Below are positions 42,601 to 51,058 of a DNA stretch of 64,000 nt, one piece after another. The number at the start of each line of letters is the position of its first letter. Position 1 is the stretch's first letter. The DNA comes from a virus (taxonomy: Duplodnaviria > Caudoviricetes). The position numbers and the translations under genes are program-made. Location of the stretch: positions 1 to 64,000 of the IMG/VR virus record IMGVR_UViG_3300032123_000052, one strand, 5' to 3'. Under the pieces are notes generated by a model. That model was not told the DNA's origin and did no database searches. It worked only from the letters and a program-made list of their open reading frames with translations.

Positions 42601-43366
42601 TAATATGTTTATATATCTTGATGACGACCCCACTCCGAATGCACTGCATGTAAATGAATTTGAAGACATTTGGTCGTTTTACCTCGGCCATTATAATCCT
42701 GAACATTTTCCTGATTTTCCACCTGAGTGGCAACCTGGTGGTGAAAAATCTTTATTACTTGATGGTCAGTCAAACCTCGTTTTGTCTGATTCGTATGGAA
42801 TAAGGAATTATCATATTGTATATGCACAGTGGGAACCGGTTGACACTGTTCAGGCTTATAAAGTGTGGATACGATACGATGAAACCAAGGATGATTTGTT
42901 TGTTCTCAATAAAACTGTTATTGATATGGACAATCTTCCAAGTGAATTTGGGTACCTTGCAATACATAAGCCGGAGAAGTTCTTAAGTAAAAATGCGAAT
43001 TTTGTTTTAAATACAAATGCACCATCGCCGACAAATCTTAATGAATCTGTTGTTAAATATATTGACATTCGATCTCAAGAAGGTACCGGTGGAATCCCTG
43101 GTTTTGATCGGTATGTCGATAACGAAAATAAAATACGTTTCAGAATAAGAGTTCGCAGATACAAAGATTATCCAGTAAATTATATAGATGAGGACACCAG
43201 CGACACACAATACATTGGAGGCGATGTGGTAACTGGTGATGAGTGGATGAATTTCCCATGGGGAGACGGCGTAATATTTGATATTGCTTTTGATTGGGGC
43301 AAGGTTGCCACGCTCGAACGCTTAAGGAAATTTGGCCTTACTTATTTTAAATGTGCCTCTAGGTGA
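39605..43366 (+). CDS. Large hypothetical protein (probably structural)
   Basis: 1253-aa uninterrupted ORF, aromatic/acidic-rich, with no recognisable catalytic motif. Confidence 0.7.
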   Translation: MLRLTNAQRSTYHHKTITEFSDISHLIATGVAKGYASNKYSWVSDFLFKHAGNTSINPHIGYAAFYSERDIFQQEYGNVVRLQDEYPFLSEYDYSIFPKHYGELSTKQYFKVGQKFSEYDIIQYLNFSKFYPLTTGSTDLEYSRGRVKFNINHGRYRNPAFYAQGYKLDMSDNEEGQEYEYFDRYLWTNPKDIEPGNSVYKEYIINETDFDITLLPVFTDYYGDSDIPAIIAFNQNNNDIKRLFDYKLLIDNPEFHHFPVGANNWVVNQNNINAGSGKYYPYVGFVQCFLDGWKFISPYYEYQNPSLVPPAQGYIQFYPEITQNGVLEPAKVLINWGRYLHGGAAIPRSGVCVFNSGIHLGEADDQSRIVYNICKHMTIWDSASERFVLYKKAPKYPGHLTGEDVLFGIDLDTERNRRNSAVIMTEPYFTVKPIANGQAAKISFVDYKNTPIEHTDFEDFENDPSMYLKIKAPLTFIKELDRHLALNEVNTDIIDTLIIKNPRPNYEMFNSDALFYDNFGDDNKTLLYRQEFCLDDLIEGMVGAGTHRKFFITAFGPRANKYSDDEMKVSGMGFVCKTMVNQAGEIQLGHDEYLHVYCNNHTFTNAPPAGDSDPDHAIPNIDIEVLTDTSIVTRIQQHEKFKPMLKLPGINGYIKILERNSHFKINRAPDGEYEIIYNVEFPFCPGSTYERIVMNFGIVEGITPETSGQHINHEFLLSQIFYKADYINAGSWEVTEVGPDKRYDLTNERYSPFGDDSFTHHELFQQISPTLDIFNCISIPWVHYYYDEIFTFEEFDKPILHSETIQYPARLIWEPLEWNLLSLIKPQTLGFEKYGTYNINVLQDRKLFSIDNAIEYFSSDLQLIALADNRQWQFDKDKYASFIGRENPAYVCEMDISTLFEDFQTYQVKNGAIPDVKRWLYGYFSGFAHMMATTSDPETRSETTAPGSEFITTQAAQSNIVIEIWDAGSDIGNGKSGNWRPLSSISSDTEKIAGELILDNMFIYLDDDPTPNALHVNEFEDIWSFYLGHYNPEHFPDFPPEWQPGGEKSLLLDGQSNLVLSDSYGIRNYHIVYAQWEPVDTVQAYKVWIRYDETKDDLFVLNKTVIDMDNLPSEFGYLAIHKPEKFLSKNANFVLNTNAPSPTNLNESVVKYIDIRSQEGTGGIPGFDRYVDNENKIRFRIRVRRYKDYPVNYIDEDTSDTQYIGGDVVTGDEWMNFPWGDGVIFDIAFDWGKVATLERLRKFGLTYFKCASR

Positions 43367-43412
43367 TTGATTGATTGTAATAAATATTGTATATTGAAGG
43401 TACGGAGGTCTT

Positions 43413-44534
43413 ATGTCTTCTAACTTACGTTCGAAACCAATTGAAGGCCATGTTACAGACAGCGCCGGTAATGTTCTGAGAAACTCTCAGATAATTATAA
43501 AACAGGCAACCCCATCAGGCAGTATTGCCATGGGGTCGGTAAAGTCTGATGATGATGGGTATTTTCAATCAAAACCACTATCTAATGGTCAGTACGATAT
43601 TTATGAGTCTGGTGTTAGTATAGCAAGGATAGTACATACCGCCGACAGAAATTCAATTCAATGTTACAAACCAGGTGTTGATAATTATAATATCTCATTA
43701 ATACAGAATTTCATTGCTCTTGCAGAAGCCGACAATCCAACACTCAATAGTTTTAAATGGTTTCTACAAATCGAACCAGAAGAGCTTGATGTTTCTGTAT
43801 ATGGAAGTACGTTTCCTATTTATGATATAAACCTGTTGGCAATTACTGATGAAAATAATGAATATCATAATATAGCTGAATTTTTTAATTTCAATATCAA
43901 TTCAAGAATAACAACCACTCGATTTGATATAGAATACTTTGCTCCATTGACGGCATTATCAAAATTCTATAAGAGAATCAGATGGGCTGGTGTTCCTGCA
44001 TTAAGGTTTAGTGAAGACTCGAAACTTGTTGTGCCTTTGGATTATTTCTCCATTGTAGCGAGTTTGCCGAAGAATATATCGAATTACGATGCTGATATTA
44101 TTTTGATTTCAGAAGATATCAGTGTCGAAAAATTGGTGACAATTTCTGGAACACACGACGATTTCAAAAACCATGTTGATAATATAACCATTGGAGATGT
44201 TGTAAAACTGACCGCACATGGTTATGACATAGCCGCATCTCCAATAGGCCCGTTCTACCATTACGGAGTTGTGGTTGATGTCCAGCGCGACGCTACGTAC
44301 ACGATTACCCTTGAGAAATGGCTTTCATCTCGCTTTCTTTCTGATCTTGATTTTGATGATGTTAACAATGCATACGCAGCAAAAATAGAATCGTTTGATG
44401 GGATGTTCCAGGGAATTACCGATATTAGCGATGAGGCCAATGAGAGATTTACTTTAGTCGAAAATATCAATGCTCAGGATAATATTCCTGAATTGTATAA
44501 TTATAATAATCAAGGGCAGTTAAATCCTGCTTAA
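43413..44534 (+). CDS. Protein with N-terminal carboxypeptidase-regulatory-like (prealbumin-fold) domain
   Basis: GHVTDSAGNVL.NSQIII...VKSDDDGYF..KPLSNGQYDI pattern; RBS ggagg. Confidence 0.6.
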   Translation: MSSNLRSKPIEGHVTDSAGNVLRNSQIIIKQATPSGSIAMGSVKSDDDGYFQSKPLSNGQYDIYESGVSIARIVHTADRNSIQCYKPGVDNYNISLIQNFIALAEADNPTLNSFKWFLQIEPEELDVSVYGSTFPIYDINLLAITDENNEYHNIAEFFNFNINSRITTTRFDIEYFAPLTALSKFYKRIRWAGVPALRFSEDSKLVVPLDYFSIVASLPKNISNYDADIILISEDISVEKLVTISGTHDDFKNHVDNITIGDVVKLTAHGYDIAASPIGPFYHYGVVVDVQRDATYTITLEKWLSSRFLSDLDFDDVNNAYAAKIESFDGMFQGITDISDEANERFTLVENINAQDNIPELYNYNNQGQLNPA

Positions 44535-44564
44535 TCTTAATATGGTGGCCTTCAAGGAGGGTTA

Positions 44565-44975
44565 ATGGACAAAGCGGTTATTGACAACCTTACCCATGAA
44601 CAGCGGGTTAAGATGGCTGTTGCTTATCTTTTGCGGCATAAGGATGAACGACCGAAAGATCTTGATAAATTTTTTAAAAAACTCGAGACGTATGAAGAAT
44701 CTGCCAAAGCTACGAACATGGCTATAGGCAGAGGCAGAGAGGCTTTAGGCCATCTTGAGACAAAATTCTACCATCTGATGGGCTCAATTGATACATTGTC
44801 TGAATTGATTTCAGATGAATTAATCCTGGAAGCTGAGAATGATATTAAAGTGTGGTGCGAAAAATATCAACCACCAGCAACCTTGCCTAACATGGAACCA
44901 GGAATCGACATGACTGGAAATTCAAATATGCCTGCTAATGTTGATATGGCTGGATCAACTGCTTGTGCTCAATAG
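44565..44975 (+). CDS. Hypothetical coiled-coil protein
   Basis: 136 aa, RBS aaggagg. Confidence 0.6.
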   Translation: MDKAVIDNLTHEQRVKMAVAYLLRHKDERPKDLDKFFKKLETYEESAKATNMAIGRGREALGHLETKFYHLMGSIDTLSELISDELILEAENDIKVWCEKYQPPATLPNMEPGIDMTGNSNMPANVDMAGSTACAQ

Positions 44976-44988
44976 TAGGAGGAGAATC

Positions 44989-45837
44989 ATGAAAAGAGTA
45001 AATATAAGAGACGGGCTCAAACAGAGAATGAATGAAATTCTCGGAGGAGATTCTGGTGTAGAAGGTGATGTTCCTGGATTAACAGCCTGGTCTATTCAAG
45101 CGGCAATGGTCGACAATTTGAGAAGAATAAATGCGGCTCTTGTCGGCGATGTACAAGGAAGGCCGATGAGGGGTTTGTGGCTTACAAAAAATTCCGCATT
45201 ATCAATTGCCATATCTGCAGGATATGGCATTACTCCTACTGGTGATATTGTTGTAATCGCTACCGCAATAACATCTTCTGTCGATAGTGCTGATGGTGCG
45301 AAATATATATATTTACGACATAAGATGGCGGAGGTTGATGGCGACACTTATGCTGATGGAAAGAAAACTGGATTTATAGGAAAAGCTGGTACTCAAAATA
45401 TCGTTTATGATGATTTTGCAGCATCGAAGAAAAATACTGTTCAGAATTTCGTTAATGATATTTTAACAATAAGCTCAACGATAATTTCTGGAGATCCCGA
45501 TCTTGTTTATATAGGTAGTATTGTCGTGTCTGGTGCTGATATCACATCGGTCACAAATTCGACTTCACGCGGCCTTGCTCCTAATGACACTTCCGGTAGA
45601 TATAGATTGCCGGGAATACATGTTAATGGTGATTCTATGTTTGAAAATGAAGTTGACTTCCTCGCTGCCGTTGTCATGCAGGCAACGCTTCTTGTTCAAG
45701 GTAGAGCCACATTCGATGGCGGTATAACTGTTGATGGCGATTCCGGGGTCACTAACCTCGTTCTTGAAGTTGGTGATGGTAGCGGTGGGTCGAAATTGTT
45801 AAAATTTAAAGATGGGATATATATAGGTCCTGTATAA
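44989..45837 (+). CDS. Putative fibre/collar-like structural protein
   Basis: ATG 44989 with RBS aggagg (track start 44938). ALSIAISAGYGITPTGDIVV..KYIYL and a C-terminal LLKFKDGIY motif common to fibre proteins. Confidence 0.5.
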   Translation: MKRVNIRDGLKQRMNEILGGDSGVEGDVPGLTAWSIQAAMVDNLRRINAALVGDVQGRPMRGLWLTKNSALSIAISAGYGITPTGDIVVIATAITSSVDSADGAKYIYLRHKMAEVDGDTYADGKKTGFIGKAGTQNIVYDDFAASKKNTVQNFVNDILTISSTIISGDPDLVYIGSIVVSGADITSVTNSTSRGLAPNDTSGRYRLPGIHVNGDSMFENEVDFLAAVVMQATLLVQGRATFDGGITVDGDSGVTNLVLEVGDGSGGSKLLKFKDGIYIGPV

Positions 45838-45856
45838 ATAAAAAGAGGAGCGCGTT

Positions 45857-46690
45857 ATGCATTTCGCATTAAAAGGGAAATACCCAATTGAAACCGAGGA
45901 GCATGTAAAGACTGCGGTTGGTTATTTCGATAAGTATCTTGGCCGTTTTTCTCCTATGGATAGAGCCGCAGCTGCCACCAATATCGAAAAAAGGGCGGAG
46001 ATTCTCGGGGTTGATGTAAATAGGGATTGGATAACAAATTATTCCCGCATGCTTAAAAAAGAAGCGGAAATCTCTCCTGATTTTCAACGCAACATTCAGT
46101 TGAGGAAAGATGCTTGTCTTAAAGAAGGTATCAAAATGAGTGTTGGCGACAAAGAGGTGGATGCGATCCAGCTGCTTGACAAAGTTGCTTCATTAAATAC
46201 TGGTGACATTCATGGGATAGCAATCGTTAAAGCCCTTGAAGCATTTGATAAACTTGCCAATTTTGAGTACAGGTATGATAATGATATTATCGACCCAGTA
46301 TTAACAGTATTCGGAAGTTTAAGGGCTCCAGAATACGATGCTGAAAAAATTTCCGGCAATGTAACCGATTATGATCTGGTTAAAATGTCTCGAAATAATG
46401 ATGTGCTTGAGAAAGTGGCGAGTGCATTTACACAAGAAGTAGCAGATAATTTTAAAAAGAGTCCGGTTAAAACTGTTCAGAGTATGACGCATCCGGAACA
46501 AAGTCTTTTTCTTGAGAAAATATCAAAACTTGGTGAGGGTAAAGGTGTTGGTGGTCCAAAACAAATGGTTGGTGGCGCCAGCAAGTGTGTGTGTCCATCA
46601 TGTGGGAACACAGAGACACATAGTCGCGGAACACCTTGCGCTGATAAAAAGTGTCCAAAATGTGGCGCTAAAATGCAGGGAAAAAAATAA
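45857..46690 (+). CDS. Hypothetical head-module-like protein with C-terminal Zn-finger
   Basis: N-terminal KYPI...VK.A..YF motif; C-terminal CVCPSCG..H.RG.PC....CPKCG. Confidence 0.6.
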   Translation: MHFALKGKYPIETEEHVKTAVGYFDKYLGRFSPMDRAAAATNIEKRAEILGVDVNRDWITNYSRMLKKEAEISPDFQRNIQLRKDACLKEGIKMSVGDKEVDAIQLLDKVASLNTGDIHGIAIVKALEAFDKLANFEYRYDNDIIDPVLTVFGSLRAPEYDAEKISGNVTDYDLVKMSRNNDVLEKVASAFTQEVADNFKKSPVKTVQSMTHPEQSLFLEKISKLGEGKGVGGPKQMVGGASKCVCPSCGNTETHSRGTPCADKKCPKCGAKMQGKK

Positions 46691-46693
46691 AAA

Positions 46694-47425
46694 TTGAACA
46701 AGCTATCTGAGCAACTCAGGGATGCCATTCTTCTCGATAAGCCCGAGGAGGTAGAGCGTATCAAGAATGAGATCGAGCTACGTAAAATGGCTCGTCGGGA
46801 TCTTGTTACGCCTACAAAGATAAATACATTGCTCAATGACGAATCTGCTTCTGCAATTAAGATATATGACTTCCTTAACCGATCATTTGGTGCGGATTGG
46901 TGGGAGTGGGAAATTGAGACTATTGAGCAGCTTCTGTGGGTCAAATACGGCACCGTATTGGAAGATACCAACCGTGACAAGGTGTTGGCGATAAGGCACA
47001 CTTGCTTAAGCGACGGGGCGTTTGCTGATTGGTACGAATTCAATCAGGCCGCATTGGCTTTCTCGGGGAGCATTGCCGATTTTGAATTTTTAAAAAGCCC
47101 ATCTCCCGGTATGATTGTCAATGCTGTAAAAGCGCTTAATCATATTAGACCTGATTGCGAATCTTTTTTTAGCAATGAAGTAATTAAGTATATGTGTGTG
47201 GTATTAATAAATGAAGGGGTGTATACTCCTCCACCATCTCTAATCAGAATAATTAAAGACACAATGAAAAAGATGGTGTCAAGTTCTGAAAACTGGCTAT
47301 CTGTATTTAAAAGATATAATCAGTTTTCGAATAAAAGATATTCTGATGTGAAAGAGGATGTTGTTGATATTCAAGCGAAAAGAATTTTCAAAGCAGAAAA
47401 GTCTGCATTAGTTTATAATTTATAA
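46694..47425 (+). CDS. Hypothetical protein
   Basis: 243 aa with WWEWEIETI and F.DWYEF motifs; TTG start. Confidence 0.6.
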   Translation: MNKLSEQLRDAILLDKPEEVERIKNEIELRKMARRDLVTPTKINTLLNDESASAIKIYDFLNRSFGADWWEWEIETIEQLLWVKYGTVLEDTNRDKVLAIRHTCLSDGAFADWYEFNQAALAFSGSIADFEFLKSPSPGMIVNAVKALNHIRPDCESFFSNEVIKYMCVVLINEGVYTPPPSLIRIIKDTMKKMVSSSENWLSVFKRYNQFSNKRYSDVKEDVVDIQAKRIFKAEKSALVYNL

Positions 47426-47441
47426 TAGAGGATGGTGCTAT

Positions 47442-47798
47442 ATGAATACACAAGAAATATATCAAGCTGCATTTGAAGATGAGCTTCAGAAAATTGCTGT
47501 AAAAGCTGAAGATGTTGAAGAGGGTTTGGGAACTGTTTTTACCAAACAGCAGGAACAAACTGCCAGGAAGTTGATTGACAAAGAAATAGCTAAGAGTTTT
47601 ATTCTTAGACACCCATTGTTAACTGGCATTCCAACACTTGGGTTGCTTCCTTACTCAGCGGGACAAATTGCCAAAACACAAACAACCAAAAGTCTTGCCA
47701 GACAATATCCTGAAATTAAAAAACTGTATGAGAAGAAAATAAGGGCTGAAAGGGCGGCTGAAACAGCCCAACATGTTGCTTACATTGGAAAAACATAA
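47442..47798 (+). CDS. Small protein with AFxDELxKIA motif
   Basis: N-terminal EIYQAAFEDELQKIA and a central hydrophobic stretch. Confidence 0.6.
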   Translation: MNTQEIYQAAFEDELQKIAVKAEDVEEGLGTVFTKQQEQTARKLIDKEIAKSFILRHPLLTGIPTLGLLPYSAGQIAKTQTTKSLARQYPEIKKLYEKKIRAERAAETAQHVAYIGKT

Positions 47799-47858
47799 AT
47801 AAGTATATATAAAGATTTTAATAAATAAAAATTTATAATATTTTGAAGGGTTAACAAT

Positions 47859-49946
47859 ATGTCAAATGAAGCCCTACAAGGGCCCGGGGCATCCACATCT
47901 GGTAGTGGCAGTACAGGAAGTAACGTAAAAATTGCTTTTACCAGAGGTTCTTTAAAGTACGACAGCCCATTTATGGACATGACTAGCACGTTCATTCCTA
48001 AAAGTATTAAGGGCCTTCTCAGATTCATAGCGGCAAGTATTCTAAGTGACGGTTTTGTTTCACAATGTATTACGAAACTTTCTGAATACCCTATTACCAA
48101 ATTGATTTATAAGGAAGAAAAAGAGTCAGAAATAAAAAACGATAAAACTATCAAGAAGTGGAAAAATATACTTGAGAAGAAACTTAAAATAGTACGATCA
48201 ATGAAGCAGGCGGGGATGGACTATTATGGATATGGAAATTCTATTATCTCAATAAATTATCCATTTAAACGCTTCTTTATTTGTGGTGGTTGTGAGTATA
48301 AGTTCGCGGCAGACTCAATAAAATATAAGTTCAAAGATTATAAATTCTATGGAAAATGCCCCAAATGCGGCAAGGAAGACAGATTAAAAGCTCAGGATAA
48401 AAACACAAAAGAACTTGATAAATTCAATCTTATCCACTGGGACTTGCTGTACATAGATATTAAATATAATACTATCAGTGGAGACCATTTTTATTTCTAT
48501 AAAATACCCCCTCAAATGGAAGTCGCAATTAAACGAGGTGATCTTGATATAATAAACACTACTAGGCTTGAAATTATTCAAGCTGTAAAGAAAAAAAAAC
48601 CTCTCAAATTAATGGCTGATAATGTATTTCATTTAAAGAGAACTGGACCACAGTACCTTATTTCTTCTGAGCGTGGGTGGGGTATACCTGCAATCATGCC
48701 TGTAATGAAGGATATTTTCCATACCAAAATATTGAAAAAAGGAAATGAGATGATCGCATTTGATCATATCGTTCCTTTAAGGATTCTTTTTCCTCAAGGC
48801 ACTGGTGATATAAGTCCGCATGCCACTGTGAATCTTTCAGGGTGGAGAACGAAGATTGAGGATGAGATTAGGAAGTGGAAAGCTGATCCGAACTATATCT
48901 CCATAGTTCCCCTTCCTATTGGCCAGATTAACTTTAGCGGTGATGCGAAAGTTCTTTCTATCACACCTGAGTTAAAGGCTACTGAGGATACTATTATAAC
49001 CGGTATAGGTATTATACCAGAGATAATCCGCGGTGGTGCTTCATGGTCGGGAAGCAACGTTTCTCTCAGGGTTGTTGAAAACAGCTTTCTGAATCATCGA
49101 AACGATATGCATGACTATCTCGAATTTGTTGTCGAAAATATTGCAAGATATCTTGATCTTCCAGAAATAGATGTGAGAATGTCTGACTTTAAAATGGCTG
49201 ATGATTTGCAAAAGAAAAAGATGATAGTTGAAGCGGCTCTTGGACCAGCGTCAAAATCTCTTATGTCTAAAACTACAGTTACTAAAGAACTTGGTTTCGA
49301 TCCTGAACAGGAGTATGAGCTTAAGCTTAAAGAGCTAAAAAAGAATATTGAATTGACAATTGAGGAAATGGAGGGTGAGGCAACCGCCCAAGGGTCGGCA
49401 GCAGTGGTCAATTCTATGTACCAAGCAGACGCTCAAGCGGCTAATGCAGACAGGCTTGAGGTTCATGATAGAGAATCTCAGGGCAAGCGTGAAGAGATGG
49501 ATGTGCAGATGCATGAGGAAGGCGCTAATGCAATAGCCGATGAAGTAGCTATTGCGGCGCAGAAAAAAAATCTTGACCCACCTTCAATACCGATTCCAAA
49601 TCTTATTCTTATGCTTACTCAGAGGTTTGCAATAGCTGCTAAAACCAATCCTGACGAATTCAAAATGCGTATGTTGATAATGAAAAATACTACGCCAGCT
49701 CTTTATCAGGAGGTGTATAATAATCTTAAAGAATTAAATATTATTCAAGCTGATTTGACCCCAGATCTACAGGTTGCACAAAAAATGACCCCAGGTGAGC
49801 TTCCTGTGTATAACCAGGGGGACGTTGGGGCTGAATCGCCCCCAAGTGTCGCTGAGACCGGGCCGCCCCAAGGGTTCAATCAGCAGAAATATACTAAGCA
49901 ACTTCCGGAAGCAAAGCCACCAGTATCTCAGAACGCACCAATTTAA
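47859..49946 (+). CDS. Putative portal-like protein of a second (large-phage) type
   Basis: 695 aa. SPF.D...F.P..IK.L, I.KLSEYPIT, a CxxC..CxxC insertion, WG.P...P and F.M.DD.Q.K motifs resemble portal-like proteins of large uncultured phages (from memory, unverified). Confidence 0.5.
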   Translation: MSNEALQGPGASTSGSGSTGSNVKIAFTRGSLKYDSPFMDMTSTFIPKSIKGLLRFIAASILSDGFVSQCITKLSEYPITKLIYKEEKESEIKNDKTIKKWKNILEKKLKIVRSMKQAGMDYYGYGNSIISINYPFKRFFICGGCEYKFAADSIKYKFKDYKFYGKCPKCGKEDRLKAQDKNTKELDKFNLIHWDLLYIDIKYNTISGDHFYFYKIPPQMEVAIKRGDLDIINTTRLEIIQAVKKKKPLKLMADNVFHLKRTGPQYLISSERGWGIPAIMPVMKDIFHTKILKKGNEMIAFDHIVPLRILFPQGTGDISPHATVNLSGWRTKIEDEIRKWKADPNYISIVPLPIGQINFSGDAKVLSITPELKATEDTIITGIGIIPEIIRGGASWSGSNVSLRVVENSFLNHRNDMHDYLEFVVENIARYLDLPEIDVRMSDFKMADDLQKKKMIVEAALGPASKSLMSKTTVTKELGFDPEQEYELKLKELKKNIELTIEEMEGEATAQGSAAVVNSMYQADAQAANADRLEVHDRESQGKREEMDVQMHEEGANAIADEVAIAAQKKNLDPPSIPIPNLILMLTQRFAIAAKTNPDEFKMRMLIMKNTTPALYQEVYNNLKELNIIQADLTPDLQVAQKMTPGELPVYNQGDVGAESPPSVAETGPPQGFNQQKYTKQLPEAKPPVSQNAPI

Positions 49947-50034
49947 AGCCGCCAGGTACGAGCCACCCTAACCCTCGCCTGGGGCTCGCCTTGCCCGGTC
50001 TTTGGATCGGGCTTGTGCGTGATAGCTAAAAAAA

Positions 50035-50070
50035 CTCATAGCTAAAAAGAATGGAGCCAAACGGCCCCAT
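50035..50070 (-). terminator. Intrinsic terminator for the leftward operon
   Basis: The minus strand reads atggggcc-gttt-ggctccat followed by tctttttag. Confidence 0.55.
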
Positions 50071-50084
50071 CACGAATTTTCTGA

Positions 50085-50495
50085 TTATTTGTCAGTGTCA
50101 TCATATGGCACATATCCACCTTTTCCAAGCATATACTGCGAAAATTTATCTTCACTGTTAAAGTACATATGATAAGCAGTACGAATAACTGGAAGTCCAC
50201 CAATCCCTTTAAAAGCGAGTATTGTATTGGGATTCGCGAAATTAGGATTTATTATTATGAACAAGATTTTTCCTTTAACTCCTGTGTCAAAATTGATCCT
50301 GTTTGATGATTTGGTATCAATCACCACACGGCCTTTAAGGCCATCTTCTTTAACATCGTTACCGTTTGCATGATAAGCGCATTGAATAGTATCAATATCT
50401 TCCATATCAACTATGTCTTCACGCTCCTTATCATCAATATTCGAAAGTATCTTCAACATTGCTCCCATTAAATTATACATTCCTTTCCAAAACAA
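50085..50495 (-). CDS. Hypothetical protein
   Basis: ORF of about 130 aa; the true start is probably an ATG slightly downstream of the track start. Confidence 0.55.
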   Translation of the reverse strand: MFWKGMYNLMGAMLKILSNIDDKEREDIVDMEDIDTIQCAYHANGNDVKEDGLKGRVVIDTKSSNRINFDTGVKGKILFIIINPNFANPNTILAFKGIGGLPVIRTAYHMYFNSEDKFSQYMLGKGGYVPYDDTDK

Positions 50496-50517
50496 ATACG
50501 GGGAGCAAAACTCCCCG
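50488..50517 (-). terminator. Intrinsic terminator directly after the Ubl gene
   Basis: Minus strand cggggag-ttttg-ctccccg followed by tatttgtttt. Confidence 0.65.
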
Positions 50518-50556
50518 CAACTGTAATTATTAAGAGATTAATACAATGGTTTAAGG

Positions 50557-51033
50557 CTAATTGCCTTTTACCTTTTGTGAAAGAATGATCCTTACAACAC
50601 CAGCCCCGTCAGTTGGACGGCTGACACATTCAGTCGGCTCAACTTTACGGGTACCGATACGGTATTCATAAGCATGGCTACCATCAGCGTGAGTAAAAGG
50701 TGCTCTTTTATCATCACCAAGCTGATTGATAATTTCCTGAATTGTCATACCGGGGGTGGCGGGAAGTTTCTCAATTCCGCCACCGGCGCCCATTCGAATT
50801 AAATTAACTTCAAAAGGCTCTTCAGCATTACCTTTGGTTTTCGTCCCGACGAAAATGCTTTGGCCGTTATGTAGCAGGGTGTTCTTTTGTACTTCAACAC
50901 CATGTACAGTAATGGTGCTATTTTCAGGGAGACTTACATCGAGTGCATCAAGTAATCCCTGAACAGTTGGATCGTCGGAAATCTCAGCATCGAGAATTTC
51001 CTTCCCCATCTGAATGAGTTTTACACAAATCAT
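50557..51033 (-). CDS. Tandem ubiquitin-like (beta-grasp) protein, di-Ubl
   Basis: Two ~70-90-aa halves, each starting V.LI.MG, containing T(V/I)Q..(L/I) and ending K.KGN. Adjacent to E1, JAB and E2-like genes; RBS gaaagg. Confidence 0.78.
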   Translation of the reverse strand: MICVKLIQMGKEILDAEISDDPTVQGLLDALDVSLPENSTITVHGVEVQKNTLLHNGQSIFVGTKTKGNAEEPFEVNLIRMGAGGGIEKLPATPGMTIQEIINQLGDDKRAPFTHADGSHAYEYRIGTRKVEPTECVSRPTDGAGVVRIILSQKVKGN

Positions 51034-51058
51034 TTTAAAAACCTTTCATGGAAATTAG

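Noticed and set aside
49947-50040. HDV-like/theta ribozyme or tRNA
   Set aside because: The crossing helices leave no room for P2, and no cloverleaf with a T-loop or anticodon arm can be drawn.
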